Below are positions 41,931 through 54,704 of a stretch of DNA of 64,000 bases, one piece after another. The notes under the pieces are model-generated. The model was not told the origin of the DNA and did not search any database. It saw nothing but the letters and a program-made list of their open reading frames with translations. Made by a program: the position numbers and the translations under genes. Each line of letters opens with the position of its first letter. The first letter of the stretch is position 1. The stretch is from a virus, in the IMG/VR virus record IMGVR_UViG_3300044712_001937, positions 203,681 to 267,680 of that record; one strand, written 5' to 3'.

Positions 41931-43342
41931 GATAAATATTTTTTACATAAATACACAAAATTTTTAAAAATATCTTCAAAGTTATTTTTTTATTAAAAAG
42001 TATTATTTGCACTACTATTCACATATATTTTTAATTTTAAAACAAGTCTTTATAATCATCACATGCCGGGTCATTCTGAGATATAATTTTTCCAGTAATA
42101 TCACATTTAAATTCTAAAAATGATATTGGTAACATAACTCCAGTTTTTTTAAACTGTTCTATACGTTTTTTAGAAATTTCTTCAGATGATAAAGACCTTT
42201 CTTTTTTATTTTTACATGTAAAACAATCAGGCATAATATATTAATATTGAGGATTATTTTTTATTACGTCAGCTAAAATTTTCAAACCAATTAAATTATC
42301 AATATGATAGCAATCAACATATCTTTCAATAGTTAATTTTCCTTCGTTACAAAGTTTTGAAACTTCTTCAACTGTAATTGGAATGTATTCCTTTTTAAGA
42401 ATATTACTGTATATTTTTTCATAACCAATATTTTCTAATTGCTTATCAAAATCATCATCATAAATAGGTTGTGCACCATATTCATCTGGACTCGGACAAC
42501 CACAATGACCACCAGTACGTATGATATTTCCCATAATTTCAGAATCATTATTAGGATGTTTCATATTATATAAATCCATTGCAATTTTTAATGGTAATCC
42601 TTTTTCACCATCAGGTACAGTTGCAATCCAATAAGTCCATGCTCGTTTAAAAGTCCAATTTCCAACTCTACCTACATGTTTATAGGGAACTTCACCTTTC
42701 CCTTCACACTCAATAATTGGTATACCTGCTAAATATAATTCTTCTTTTACTAAATTATCAGCATTTATATCTCCAGCTAAATTTTTCATAAATTATTTTT
42801 AAGTAGACAAATATATAATTTTGTAATTAAAAAACAAAATTAATAACGATAAATAAATCCATCTGGATGATAACAAGTAGCTTCTTGTTTCATTTTCACT
42901 CCATGACAACGCAGAAAATGACCTTTAATTTCCATTGTTTGGTCTCTTCCACCATTTGATATTGCAGCTAAAATACCAAACATTCCACTCACTGCTGAAT
43001 TTTCATCATATTCTCCATTCTTATTTTTAGGAATTGAGATTCCGGATGCTTGGCGAGTTTTTGGTTTATTTTTATATTTCCAATCATTCCGAAATAGCAT
43101 ATAAAGTTCTTCAAGAAAAGTTGTTGCAGACATAACCTTAATATCTGCAACCATTTTCACGAAATTATCCGAAGGTTTTTTTCCAAATTCTTTTAATATT
43201 CCCTTAAATATACCTTCGAGAATATCATGACTTAAATCAGAAGTAGTTGCACCTCTACCTGAATAATATTCAGGACGTGTAGACATTCGGTTATTACGAA
43301 TAATGTCTTTTAATTTTTCAAAATTATCTATTATCATGACTT

Positions 43343-44269
43343 TTAGTTATATAAATTACTATTAAGAATATATTTTAACACATCTGGAGTTATGTAATGA
43401 AGCAATTCTTTATCAATTGATTCAATTTCAAAACTTTTATCATTAAAAGTAATTTTATTTATAGTATCATTACGTTCTTTAAGCAAGTCTCTAACCTGAG
43501 TAGAAGATGATTCCATGATGGTAGATTCTGCGGTAAGATAAATATGAGGATATTTAAAATACCACGCATTTTGAAGAGGCTGGTAACCTTTTCTTGGAAC
43601 TATAACCATTCGTATCATTCTTTCGAGTTCTTCAAAATTTACCCATGTATCGAATGAATTTGCATTATCTAATCCAACAACAAGAGAAAAATTATAACGT
43701 TCGTTTAATTCTTTCTCCATTTTTAACTTTTTAATCATATAATATGATTCGCCTTTTAATTTATGCTGAATTTCATAATCAAATATTTTAATTCTCGCAT
43801 CAACTTTTGCTGCAAGTTTACACATTTCCAAACGGTGTTCTGGACTTTCCATTATTTTTCCGTTCATATGTTCATATGCCGGAACAAGCCAAACTTCATC
43901 AAATTCGCCACTGGTATTCAATATAAATTGTGCTGCCTGAATATGACCTATTGTTATTGGGTTGAAAGCACCACCATATAATGCAACTTTAGTTTTTCGA
44001 CCTAATGATAAATATTGTTGTCTTCTGCTTTCAATTTTCTCTAAAGTTCTACCAATTAATTCAGCAGCATCCCAACCATTTTCATTACATAACTGTAATA
44101 GTGATGCTAAGATATCTCCGGTTTCTTCTTTAAGATTAATTACATCTTGCCATTTCATGAGTTCAAAGAATTCACCTTGAATATCTTTTAAACGTTCTTT
44201 TAATGGAGTATAACCAAAATGTTCTGTGAACACATCATTTACAACTTTTTGAATTTTATTTATTTCCAT
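43343..44269 (-). CDS. MazG-like NTP pyrophosphohydrolase domain fused to an NMN/NaMN adenylyltransferase (NadD/NMNAT family)
   Basis: The N-terminal roughly 100 aa are MazG/HisE-like. The C-terminus has 'ALYGGAFNPITIGH' ((H/T)xGH motif) and 'ISSTQVRDLL' (the NadD ISSTxxR motif). Confidence 0.65.
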   Translation of the reverse strand: MEINKIQKVVNDVFTEHFGYTPLKERLKDIQGEFFELMKWQDVINLKEETGDILASLLQLCNENGWDAAELIGRTLEKIESRRQQYLSLGRKTKVALYGGAFNPITIGHIQAAQFILNTSGEFDEVWLVPAYEHMNGKIMESPEHRLEMCKLAAKVDARIKIFDYEIQHKLKGESYYMIKKLKMEKELNERYNFSLVVGLDNANSFDTWVNFEELERMIRMVIVPRKGYQPLQNAWYFKYPHIYLTAESTIMESSSTQVRDLLKERNDTINKITFNDKSFEIESIDKELLHYITPDVLKYILNSNLYN

Positions 44270-46183
44270 AAGTTATTTTAGTTAAATTATTATCAATTTC
44301 AACAATTTTATCTTGTAATAGTTTTCGATTCTCAATTTCAAAAATTGAATCATCTTTAGATTCTTTAATGAATGTTTTTATTTCTCTCCAGAATAATCTT
44401 CGAATTCTTAATTGTTCTAAATCGAAATTATCTTTAGGTTTAGTTCCAGATTTTAAGCAACCCTTATCATTATTATTTGATAGTGGACAATCAGTATAGT
44501 TACAATTATTATTTTCTTTATCGAAATAAGGTTTACACATTTGACAATTTAAAGAAAATATAGTAATACCATAATCATCTCTTAATTTTTTAGAATTTAA
44601 ATTAAGAGAAATAATATCATTAAACTGATTAATAATATTATTACAATATTCTAATATTTTATCTTTTTCAGACATAATTATTTATTCATAAATCGTTTTA
44701 CAATTTCCACGTCAATAAGACTATTTATACGAAGTGCTCTTGTAAATTCTGTACCAATTTGTGGATTTTCAGTAAGTATATAGTTACCTAATTTATATGG
44801 TAAATCACCATATTTTTTACAGGCAATATTATTCTTTATTGAACGTAGTTCATCATCAGTATAAAATTTTATATCTTCGCTTTTCATTGAATTTTATGTA
44901 TTAATGAATTTATTAACCCAAATGTGCTACCAATTAAATGTTTATCTTCATTAGTTAATGACTTAAATTCAGGATTTTTAATTAAAAGTTGAAGATTATC
45001 TTTAAATGGAATTAATGATTTTATATTTTCAATCCAAACCGGATTAAGAAGAATATCAATATTTCTATCTTCTTTCCATCTGAATATTTTGAATTCAGAA
45101 AGATTAGCTTTTCCAATTTCCCATTCACCATATTCAAAAACACTTCTTAATAAATTACCATTACCTTCCAACATCCATTTGCAAGATTTAACAGCACCCC
45201 AATGATTTGAATATCGAAATACATCACCATTTTCAGTAATTGCATATTCACTACCACTCGGACTTTTATGTTGGTAAATTAAATTTTGTTTCATAACACC
45301 AAAATCCCATGTTTCATGAATATTATCGTGAGTATTTTCAATTTTTTTGAAATCAACACTCGTACAAATATGAAAGTTTGAAGTGTTAATTGTAGTATTA
45401 AGCTCACGAAAATGTATATATCGGATATTTTCAAGCTCATTAATGAGCTTTAAATTTTCTTCAATATGTTCTTTAGGTATCATCATTATAATTCATTTTT
45501 TATAAGATACGATAAATCATTCAATATGTTACAAAAAAACCCACTAATTAGTGGGTTAAATTTTATCTTCAATTGCCAAACATTGATTTATTAAATCATA
45601 TTTATCATCTGATTTAAAAATAATAGGTTTAAATGTTATACCAAATTCACTAAGAAAAAAGCATTTAGCTCTTTTATTACCAATATATATTCTTTTAATT
45701 AAACCATTATTATCGAAATTCATTACCCTTAACTTTCCACTACGCCAAATAATATGATTTTTTTTAACTTCTGGAGGGATATATTGAAATGAACCATTCT
45801 CTATTCTACCACCTCCAAAATATGTTGGATTTAAATATGTTACAAATTTACCATTTTTTCTCATTTCTTCAACACATGCCTTATGGTCATAACTTACATA
45901 TATAAATTTACAACCAGATAAAACAACTTCTTTAATGATGTGATATGGTATAGTTGAAATCATAAACCCTTTGATATTAATAAAAACAACAAATTAATAA
46001 GTAGAAAAACAAGAAACAGCATAAACCAAACTTCAGGTTTTTTAATTCAACTATAAATTCTTTCCAGAATTTTTTACTTTTATCGTAACTCGATGCATTC
46101 ATTCCTTTAACCAAAAATACTATGGTTAAATATAGTAGTACTTGTAAAACATATATATTCATATAAATTTTAATTTAAAGTTA

Positions 46184-46783
46184 TTATTTCAACATTTCTG
46201 CATAGCTACGTATTGACTCATAATCATTTAAATTATTCTTCAAAAATGTAACTTGTCTTAAATACAGTTCCTTACTTAATATTCCAGATTGAATTAATGC
46301 GAAGCCATCATTCATGTCTTTATCTCTACCAAGTTCAAGTTTCATAATAGCTAAAAGTTCAGGATTGATAATTTTAACGTTAATATTGTTAATTTTAGCA
46401 TATTTAAATGTTTTAAATATAAAACTATTTATAGCTTTATTACCAACATTAGCATCAAGATAATCAGTATTGAAATCCTCTACAGTAATACCTAATAAAC
46501 CAAGATTTCCAACACGTACAGCTTTATATAGAATATCTTCATTATCTAATTTAGATTTAAGTAATTCCATATCATCAACCATAAAATCAATATCTGGAGT
46601 TAGGTCTCTACCACCTTTTAGGTAATAAACTAATGCTGTTCCACCAATAAGTACAGCATTTGGGTAATTATTAACAGTCCATTCAATACCATTGGCAATT
46701 GCGACTAATTGAGATTCAGATAATATAGATAATTTTTCATATAAATTTACTGAACCATAGTGTTCTTTAATTAATTTTTTCAT
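46184..46783 (-). CDS. Pol-beta superfamily nucleotidyltransferase, AbiEii-like
   Basis: 'LIGGTALVYYLKGGRDLTPDIDFMV' matches the GGTAL...R.SxDLDF N-terminal signature of AbiEii/DUF1814 nucleotidyltransferases. Confidence 0.4.
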   Translation of the reverse strand: MKKLIKEHYGSVNLYEKLSILSESQLVAIANGIEWTVNNYPNAVLIGGTALVYYLKGGRDLTPDIDFMVDDMELLKSKLDNEDILYKAVRVGNLGLLGITVEDFNTDYLDANVGNKAINSFIFKTFKYAKINNINVKIINPELLAIMKLELGRDKDMNDGFALIQSGILSKELYLRQVTFLKNNLNDYESIRSYAEMLK

Positions 46784-49700
46784 ATTTAAAATAAATTTTC
46801 TACTTTGAATGACATTTCTATGCCATCTATATTAAATACTTTGTTTCCCCAAGTATAATACTTATAACCTGAATTTTTTACAATAGGAATTATATCTTCC
46901 CTACATTTAGGGTCTGTTGAGACCGATAACTTAGAATTAAAAACGTATTTCCAACTCATTGCTTTTTCTGGAATATTGTCTTTAAGTTTTTCAGACAGTT
47001 CATCTACTGTGATTTTACATGCATCTAAAAAATTTTCATTTCGATACCAGTTTGGACATAGATGTTCAGGTAGACCTAATCTTTCAGATTCAGTTTTCCA
47101 TTCAGTTTTAACCCAATTACCATGATTATCATATAATTCCCAACCATTATCAATTAAAAATTGTTCAGTAAATAAACTATTTTCAAACTCTTCTTTAAAT
47201 TTAAGATAATTTTTATAACGATTATTTCTTAAAGCAAGATTTTGTTTTTTATTATCTTCGATTCTATCATTAAATTCTTCATCAGTTTCTAAGCGTTTTC
47301 TATAAACTTCAAAATAATGAAAATCAGGAGTCCAACAATCATTATCATGATATCCTTCTTCAAAACTAGTTTGAATCACATCATCAGGTAAGATTGTAAA
47401 CTTAACTTCTGACAATTGTATTTTTATAGGACTATGTAATGTATAAACACATTCATCCACATATTTTTTATCTGCCATTTTTTAACTGTTTTAAAATTTC
47501 AGGAAAATATTTATCGCAAGAAGAATCTTTAGTTGATACTCTATATGTATAACTGGAATTATCAAATCTCTTATGTAACCAATCATCCTTTTTAAAGAAT
47601 GTATAAGAACCATATACAATTTCTTTTCTATTAATCAATTCAAGAATTTCTTTCACGAGTTCAATTCGTTTATTAAATTTTAATATCCTTGAATATGAGG
47701 TTTTAGCACTACGATTAACACCATCGTAATCATCACAAGTACATTCCCTTGAAACATGACAATTATGCTTAAAGCACCATCTCTCAGTTTTAGCAACTTC
47801 ATAGTGCGCTGCATGTTTTCTGGGTTGTTTGGGTCTGTTTGAATTTAAACATGAACCACAAGATTTTCCTAATTTAATTTCAATCATTTAAATTGAGATA
47901 ATATAAATATTTCCGGATAAATATACGAATAATAATTTAATTTGTTACTTTTTATCATTATAAAAATCATGAGTTTCAATTCCGGTGGAATTTTTTATTA
48001 ATTTACGAATTTCATTACCTGCCCAAAATGCCATATATTCTCTATCCTTTAAATCCATTTTTTCAGTTTCCTGTAAATCATAAATTTTATCCATTAAAAC
48101 AGATGAAAATATCTTAGTAGCTGCTCTTAATGCATCATCAGAAAAGTTAGGTTTAGAACCATTAAATGCTTCAAATTCCAATAAAGCATTCTCTATTTCA
48201 ACAAGTATAGGTGTTAATTTACTTCCAATTGTTTCCATTATTCTTTATTTGTCATATGTATTATTGTTATATAATTTTGTATATGTATATTACTAATGTT
48301 TTAAACACTTATGTTAATTAATTAGTTATAAGCCATGTATCAGTTTACTATGTAAAACATCTAACCTATCGCATACAGTATTGTAATAACTTCTGTAACC
48401 ATCTTCAAACTTATGTTTATTTCTCATTTCCCTTAGTTCATTTAACATTTTATCTATTTTTTGCACTTCCGAATCACAGTTTATAGTGTATTATTTTTGT
48501 TTTGGATAATAATATTTTAAATTTATTTTTAAAATATATAAGTCCTTAATAAACTTATTCATCAAATCTCTTTCTGCGAAGAAACGAATGTTTTTTGTTC
48601 CATCTTTAAATTTGGTAGGTGGTGCTGTATTATCAATTAATTTAGATAGTTTATCTATTTCACACTCAACATCTTTAATTGATATAAATCCAAGTTTAAA
48701 TAATATTATTTTTATCATATTTAATTGGTTAGTAAATATAAAAATTATTCATCGTACTCATATAAACCAACATAATTCATCGGGTCGTTGGATAAATAAC
48801 GTTTATATTCATTTAATAAGTATAATTATTTATTATGTACATTTTTAAGTTTCGTAATGTCATTATCTTTATACATATCTCTTTCAATACAAATTCACCT
48901 TCTGCAACAAATGCATTTAAAATATCTACTCTTGTATACATTTTTTTATAATCTAATTCAGGAATTTCACCATATCCAGAATAACTTGTTGCTTTTTCTT
49001 TAAGTTTAATATTACTCATAATTTTAACTTAAGTATATAGTGGTTTATATTTATTCTTTATCTAAAAATTTTATAAGTTTTTTAATTGCATCAAATTGTC
49101 CCCATGTTAATTGAAATCTTTGTGATAAGGTATAACAAATATCTACATCAAAACCTTCACCATTATGCCAGTACGATATTTCAATATAATCATCCTTTTT
49201 TGCAAAATAATCAATTTTTTTTAATTCTTCTCCAGAAACATTGGCAGATTTTTTTTTATATTTTTCCATAATTGTTTTTATATCATCAATATTAAAATCA
49301 CTTGATTTACCTATTGTTATTTTAGTGTTAATAAATTCAAGTTTTCGTTTCGGTACAACATTTACTGATAACCCAATACATTCCCCATCTTTATTAAGAG
49401 GTTCTAACTTGAATTCATTTATTTCGTATCCAAGTTCTTTTTCAATCATTTCTTTTGTAATTTCCATAATATTGATATAAATCATCTATAATTAGCAAAT
49501 TTAATCTGTATTTATGATAAAAACAAATTATTATGGATATTAAAGAGATAAAAAACGGAGATTCATTTTTAGTTAATGGCGATACATTCCTAAGTCGCAC
49601 TATTTGTAAAGTAATGAAACATTGGGGAAAGAAGAAAGGATATAATACCACTATTCTTTACAGTCATGCAGCCAGATTTTGTTGGATTGCTGACGAATTG

Positions 49701-50149
49701 TATTTATTTGGTAGTGTTGATAATGGTTATCAACCAATTAAATTTAGATTGCATTATGATTGGAATAAAGATGATTTCGCAATCATGAGACGTAAAACTG
49801 AATTAAGTGCTACTGAAGAAAAACAAACAATCAATTATTGTTTACATTTAGATACTGTAAGTGTAGGGTATCAATATTGGAATTTCATTCAATGGCTATT
49901 ATTAGCATATGTAGGAATAAATACATTCAAGAAAGGTACTAATGATAGTTTTAATTATTGCTATGAAAGTGAACGTAAATGTAGAAAAGATTTAAATCCT
50001 GAAAATTATGGTGATGTTTCTCAAACTGATATTTTTGATTTATTGTATGACCCAAATTATACAATCCTATATCGCTCTAAGAAATAACATTAAATAAAAA
50101 AATCTCGCCAATTTGACGAGATTTTGGCGAGATTTTTTTATTTAATTTA

Positions 50150-50728
50150 TTATCCGAACATTATAGCATACGTTAATCCTATTGCACCTGCAAAGAAAAA
50201 TATATGTAATACTTTTACAAACTCAACTCCTTCATATTCAGCACCCTGAATAATTTCATACTCTTTAGGTAGCCAAAATTTCCATCCATTATCTTTAACT
50301 ACAATACGTCTTGTACACATATTTTTATAACTACGGAAAATAAAAAATGTCACTATAAACATGAATATTAACCCAATTATAATTCGCATAAAATCTTTAC
50401 CTACAACTTTCCAAGCAATCATAATCATTGTAAATCGACCAACATCTGTTTTTCCAAATTTATCGGCAACATCAACAACAGCATTTAAACCTTCTTTCAC
50501 AGCAGTTCCAACTTCACCACCGACTCCAACCCATTTTCCATAAGTATCGAGTTTCTTTTGAAGTTCAGCAGCAGTTTGTTCAGCTTTAATTTTAGTCAAT
50601 TGCTCAACTGTTAAATCAGTTGCATTAACTGTAAACTTTTCAGGAGTTGAACTTTGAGCATTTGCATTAGGACAACACGCAACCACAATAACTGCGATAA
50701 TTAATGATAAAATAATTTTTTTTTTCAT
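50150..50728 (-). CDS. Secreted or membrane protein (signal peptide plus C-terminal TM segments); possible partner of the adjacent SPFH-like lipoprotein
   Basis: N-terminus 'MKKKIILSLIIAVIVVACCPNANA'. Hydrophobic C-terminal half. Confidence 0.4.
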   Translation of the reverse strand: MKKKIILSLIIAVIVVACCPNANAQSSTPEKFTVNATDLTVEQLTKIKAEQTAAELQKKLDTYGKWVGVGGEVGTAVKEGLNAVVDVADKFGKTDVGRFTMIMIAWKVVGKDFMRIIIGLIFMFIVTFFIFRSYKNMCTRRIVVKDNGWKFWLPKEYEIIQGAEYEGVEFVKVLHIFFFAGAIGLTYAIMFG

Positions 50729-50854
50729 ACGTTTAAATTTATATTAGTTCTTAAGTTTAAAATTATTAATACGTTTAAATATTAAAATTGTTGCACCAAA
50801 AATAAAAAAACCCTCACAATACTGCAAGGGTTTTTCAATATAATTTTTTATTAT

Positions 50855-51655
50855 TTATTTAATACCACCAACAAGAGCATTAACCGGAGTGTTACCGTAT
50901 AATGGAGTTTTACCATCCCATTTTTCGATAAACTGTTGCATAAGAATTTCTTTAGTTAAACCTTTTGATAAGTTTATATTTTCTTGTGCTTTAAGTAGTG
51001 CCAATTCATTCTTTTTCTTTTGTTCGGTAATTTGCTGGTCGATTACAGAAATATTGGTATTTACTTCATTACGACTATCAATTTTAGCTTTTACTTTATC
51101 GGTAAATTCAAGCTGGCTGGAGAATGTTAATAATTCTAATCCTTTAGCATTAAATTCTTTTTTAACTAATTCTTGCACTTTATTTTCAAATCGAAGTGAA
51201 CCACCATTTGCCATTAAAGTATCGGTAGTATACATACGTGATTCTTCTTTCATTAAATCATAAATCTTAGTTTCCAAAATATTATCTTCTAATGCTTTCA
51301 TGAAATCTGAACCAGAACCTAATTGTTTATTATCAAATACAACATCAACTGCACGTTCTTTAATAATTTTATAGGAATACATAGGTTTGCTACTAAAATC
51401 AGTATTATCCGCAGCTTTCAAATGTAAAATTCTATCACCAAAATCGGCACGTTGTTCCCATAATGGAACTTGAAAAAGTTCAGTACCGGGAGCTAAAACA
51501 TTAACACGACCCATTTGTAAACTAAAATCGGATTTACCGTTTTTACCATAATTTTCCATTAAAACACCTACATAGTTAGGAGCTACACGTTCACATGAAG
51601 TGAAAATTGACAAGGCAGTTACTGCCAATAAAAGGAACAGACTAATTTTTCTCAT
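50855..51655 (-). CDS. Lipoprotein with an SPFH/band-7-like N-terminal region
   Basis: Lipobox 'IFTSC'. 'NYVGVLMENYGK...VNVLAPGTELFQVP' resembles the HflK/C-type SPFH start. A terminator hairpin lies at 50800-50830. Confidence 0.35.
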   Translation of the reverse strand: MRKISLFLLLAVTALSIFTSCERVAPNYVGVLMENYGKNGKSDFSLQMGRVNVLAPGTELFQVPLWEQRADFGDRILHLKAADNTDFSSKPMYSYKIIKERAVDVVFDNKQLGSGSDFMKALEDNILETKIYDLMKEESRMYTTDTLMANGGSLRFENKVQELVKKEFNAKGLELLTFSSQLEFTDKVKAKIDSRNEVNTNISVIDQQITEQKKKNELALLKAQENINLSKGLTKEILMQQFIEKWDGKTPLYGNTPVNALVGGIK

Positions 51656-52065
51656 TAATTTTTGATTTTAATTGTTTATAAAAATAATTGATTGTTAAGC
51701 CTATAGTTAAAGCATATGCAATATATGCTATCCAAGGATTAATGTGATTAAAAATCCAGTTTGATACAAATAGTCCAATTAAAAATGCGACTATTACAAC
51801 AAGATACATTGATTTCATATTTTAGGTTTTTATAGTTTTAAATGAAAGGGAGACTTCTGCATCATCTCCCTTCCCACAATTGTGTATAAATTCCGCATTT
51901 TCATATTTAGGTTAGGAAAACACTGCTGCAAAATTAACCTTACTTTTACTTCTTAAAACTTTTAAAATATCTACTTCACTATTCATCCAAAAGAATGAAT
52001 TTTTGATTTTCTTTTACGCATAAAAATCACTCAAGATAGCGAGAGCACAAAACAAGCGGCATATT

Positions 52066-52896
52066 TTAAAGAACTAATTTATTTACCTTATTAAAATATT
52101 CAGGATTCAAATTTATATAATTAATTTCAAATTTGCAAATTTTTTTTAATCTTAATGCAAAAATTGAATGTGATACTACTATAATTTGCCATTTTTGAGT
52201 TAAATTATTAATATATTCCCAATATAATTTTTGATTATCTAAATCCAAATGTGAATCTAATTCATCAATAAGTAAAGTAGGTTTTCCATCTTTAGGCATT
52301 GAATTTAACCAATTTTGAAATATATCACTTGTTTTTACCCAAATATCATTATTAGCTTTAGGGTCTAAAGGAGATGGATATTTGGTAGTTAAATTATAAA
52401 TTTTATTTAATATATTTATTGATTCTTCACCTTTAGATTTATTACTCATTATTTTTCCTAAAATCTCAATACCTGAAAACAATCCATCACTTTTAGGAAA
52501 AGGTGAATCGTAGTTTTTCCACATATTATTAGCATCAAAAGTATCTGGAGTTAAATAATGCACCATTGAGCCATCCCAAACAATATTTGAATTAGGATAA
52601 TTTATATTCCTAATATTCTTTTTAATTAAATTAGGAATATTATCCCAAGCATTATCTTCATCATTTATCATAAAATTATGAATATCGAAAGGTTTTGGCA
52701 TAACCGGACTACTATTATCTTTATTAATAAAACAATTGTTTTTCAATATATTTAATAATACAGATTTACCTGAACCATTACGACCAGTAATAATATTAAT
52801 ACCATCACTAAAATTATAGATTATATCTTTATTTTTTTGATGAAATAGTCTATTACTAAAATTAGTTCCCTTTAATAAAGTTATAGATTTAATCAT
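52066..52896 (-). CDS. AAA_21/ABC-type ATPase (Walker A and B present, no fused nuclease)
   Basis: Walker A 'GRNGSGKSVLLN'. Walker B 'LLIDELDSHLD'. 'VVSHS' H-loop region. Confidence 0.6.
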   Translation of the reverse strand: MIKSITLLKGTNFSNRLFHQKNKDIIYNFSDGINIITGRNGSGKSVLLNILKNNCFINKDNSSPVMPKPFDIHNFMINDEDNAWDNIPNLIKKNIRNINYPNSNIVWDGSMVHYLTPDTFDANNMWKNYDSPFPKSDGLFSGIEILGKIMSNKSKGEESINILNKIYNLTTKYPSPLDPKANNDIWVKTSDIFQNWLNSMPKDGKPTLLIDELDSHLDLDNQKLYWEYINNLTQKWQIIVVSHSIFALRLKKICKFEINYINLNPEYFNKVNKLVL

Positions 52897-53294
52897 TTAC
52901 AGTATTTTTTTATAACTGATTTTGCAGTTAATAGTTGACTATTAAAATGAAAAACATATGAGGGAATATAAATATAACTCTTAAGAATTTCATTAAGAGC
53001 TTTTATAGTATCAGGATGTTGTGGAACTAAGCCAGTTTTTTTGCAAGCATCTTTAATTCTATCTCGATACCATTTTTCTACTTGCCCATGTTTTGCTTTT
53101 AATCCTTCTTTCTGAGCTTGACTTAATTCAATTCTATATTTTTTATCTCCACGAATTTGTTCTTCAGTTAAACCAGTTTCAGACATAATCTGCCGAAGTT
53201 TTTTACCTTCATTTTTATTAGATATATGTTTATCTGGATTATTTGCTATTCTTTTAGACTTAGGTGTAACATACCTTTCATGTACAGTATTCAT
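52893..53294 (-). CDS. Hypothetical basic protein translationally coupled (4-nt overlap) to the AAA_21 ATPase
   Basis: 133-aa ORF whose stop overlaps the ATPase start. Confidence 0.4.
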   Translation of the reverse strand: MNTVHERYVTPKSKRIANNPDKHISNKNEGKKLRQIMSETGLTEEQIRGDKKYRIELSQAQKEGLKAKHGQVEKWYRDRIKDACKKTGLVPQHPDTIKALNEILKSYIYIPSYVFHFNSQLLTAKSVIKKYCK

Positions 53295-53749
53295 AATTAG
53301 TTTCCTTTAATTTCTTTAATAACATTATTCCAAGATTCAATTCGTTTTTGAAGTCTTATTATTCTATTATTAATCAATTCTATTTCATTATCAAAACAAT
53401 AACAACCTTTAGAAGTTGTATGATTTGATAAAACATCTCGTTTATTCAACAATATTACTATTTTACAAATTAATTTTCGACAATACCATTCAATAATTTT
53501 AATAAAAATCATAAGTAATAAAATATAAATTTAGTGTTATTACGGAATTAAAAATTTTTTGTTACAAAAAAGAAACAATTAACAAGGTGATTCCCATTGC
53601 CATATTCTCCGTTCGCATTTAAGCTACTAAATGAGAGACTTAATTGTTTCAATAAGGCGAACCGACTGATGTGCTAACAGAACGACACTTAATGGATTCT
53701 GTTCTTTATGCAAAGTATACACCACTTTTACCCTTTCCTTCAGTCGATT

Positions 53750-54031
53750 TTATACTTTATTTATTATAGGTTCGGAACAAGTTTGAATTTCACTTACAAC
53801 TATTTTGATATTATCTTTAAGCATTGATAATCTTTCTCCAACACTATTAAAATCATGTTCCATACATTGTTGTAAATGATTAATATTTCTATAATCATTA
53901 GCAGGTTGATTATATTCAACTTCAATACCTGCTTCAATTAAATTTTTCAATATCATCCAAGATAAGGTACTTTTTCCGGTGGCAGTAGCACCTATTATTT
54001 GTATTTTTACTGCTTTTTTTTCTTTTTCCAT
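53750..54031 (-). CDS. Small P-loop NTPase
   Basis: Walker A 'GATATGKST' in a 93-aa ORF. Confidence 0.45.
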   Translation of the reverse strand: MEKEKKAVKIQIIGATATGKSTLSWMILKNLIEAGIEVEYNQPANDYRNINHLQQCMEHDFNSVGERLSMLKDNIKIVVSEIQTCSEPIINKV

Positions 54032-54670
54032 AGTTAGTATTTAAATTTTATTTAATTTCCAATCTCGATAGCTATTTAACATTTTAATTTGAATAGATAA
54101 ATCATTATCAATGCCAAACTGTTCTAAATCATAACCTAACATTTTATTGGATATCAATTTAATACCTCTTCTAAATCCAGCATTAAAACTTGACAAATCT
54201 CTTTGTGTAAAACGATATACTTTATAATTAATAGCATCACCACAAGCAATTTTTATTGTTTCAAAAACATTTCTTTTAAATATTTTACCTGTAAATTGAA
54301 TTTTATCTGAAACATTCATATCATATTCGCAATTTTCCATTGTATATATTATATCATCCCAATAGAATTTTTGACCTTTCTTAATATTGCGTAATAATAC
54401 TCGACTCATTCTTCACAATTTTCAATATAAGTATCAATAAACCATTTTAACGGTCTAAATTTTAAATAATTAGGATGTGCTGCGAGTAAACCAAGTAATA
54501 TAACTTCATCAAGTCTACCTCCGGTTTCAACATCAATATCTTTTGGTGAAACATGAAATAATTGTTGTGGAATTATTTCTTGAGTAAATTCTTCAAATCC
54601 TTCTTCTTCAGTCATAAATGAATATTTAAGACAAATTTAAAAATAATAAATATCAATTCAAAATGTTTTT

Positions 54671-54704
54671 AAAAAAAAAGAGGATGCATCACTGCAGCCT
54701 CTTT
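54671..54704 (-). terminator. Rho-independent terminator on the minus strand (agaggctgcagtgatgcatcctct followed by a T-run)
   Basis: GC-rich hairpin with a run of 9 T on the minus strand. Confidence 0.6.

Noticed and set aside
43763-44180. + strand ORFs 43763-43981 and 43962-44180
   Set aside because: They are antisense within the MazG-NMNAT gene and their composition is typical of out-of-frame AT-rich sequence.
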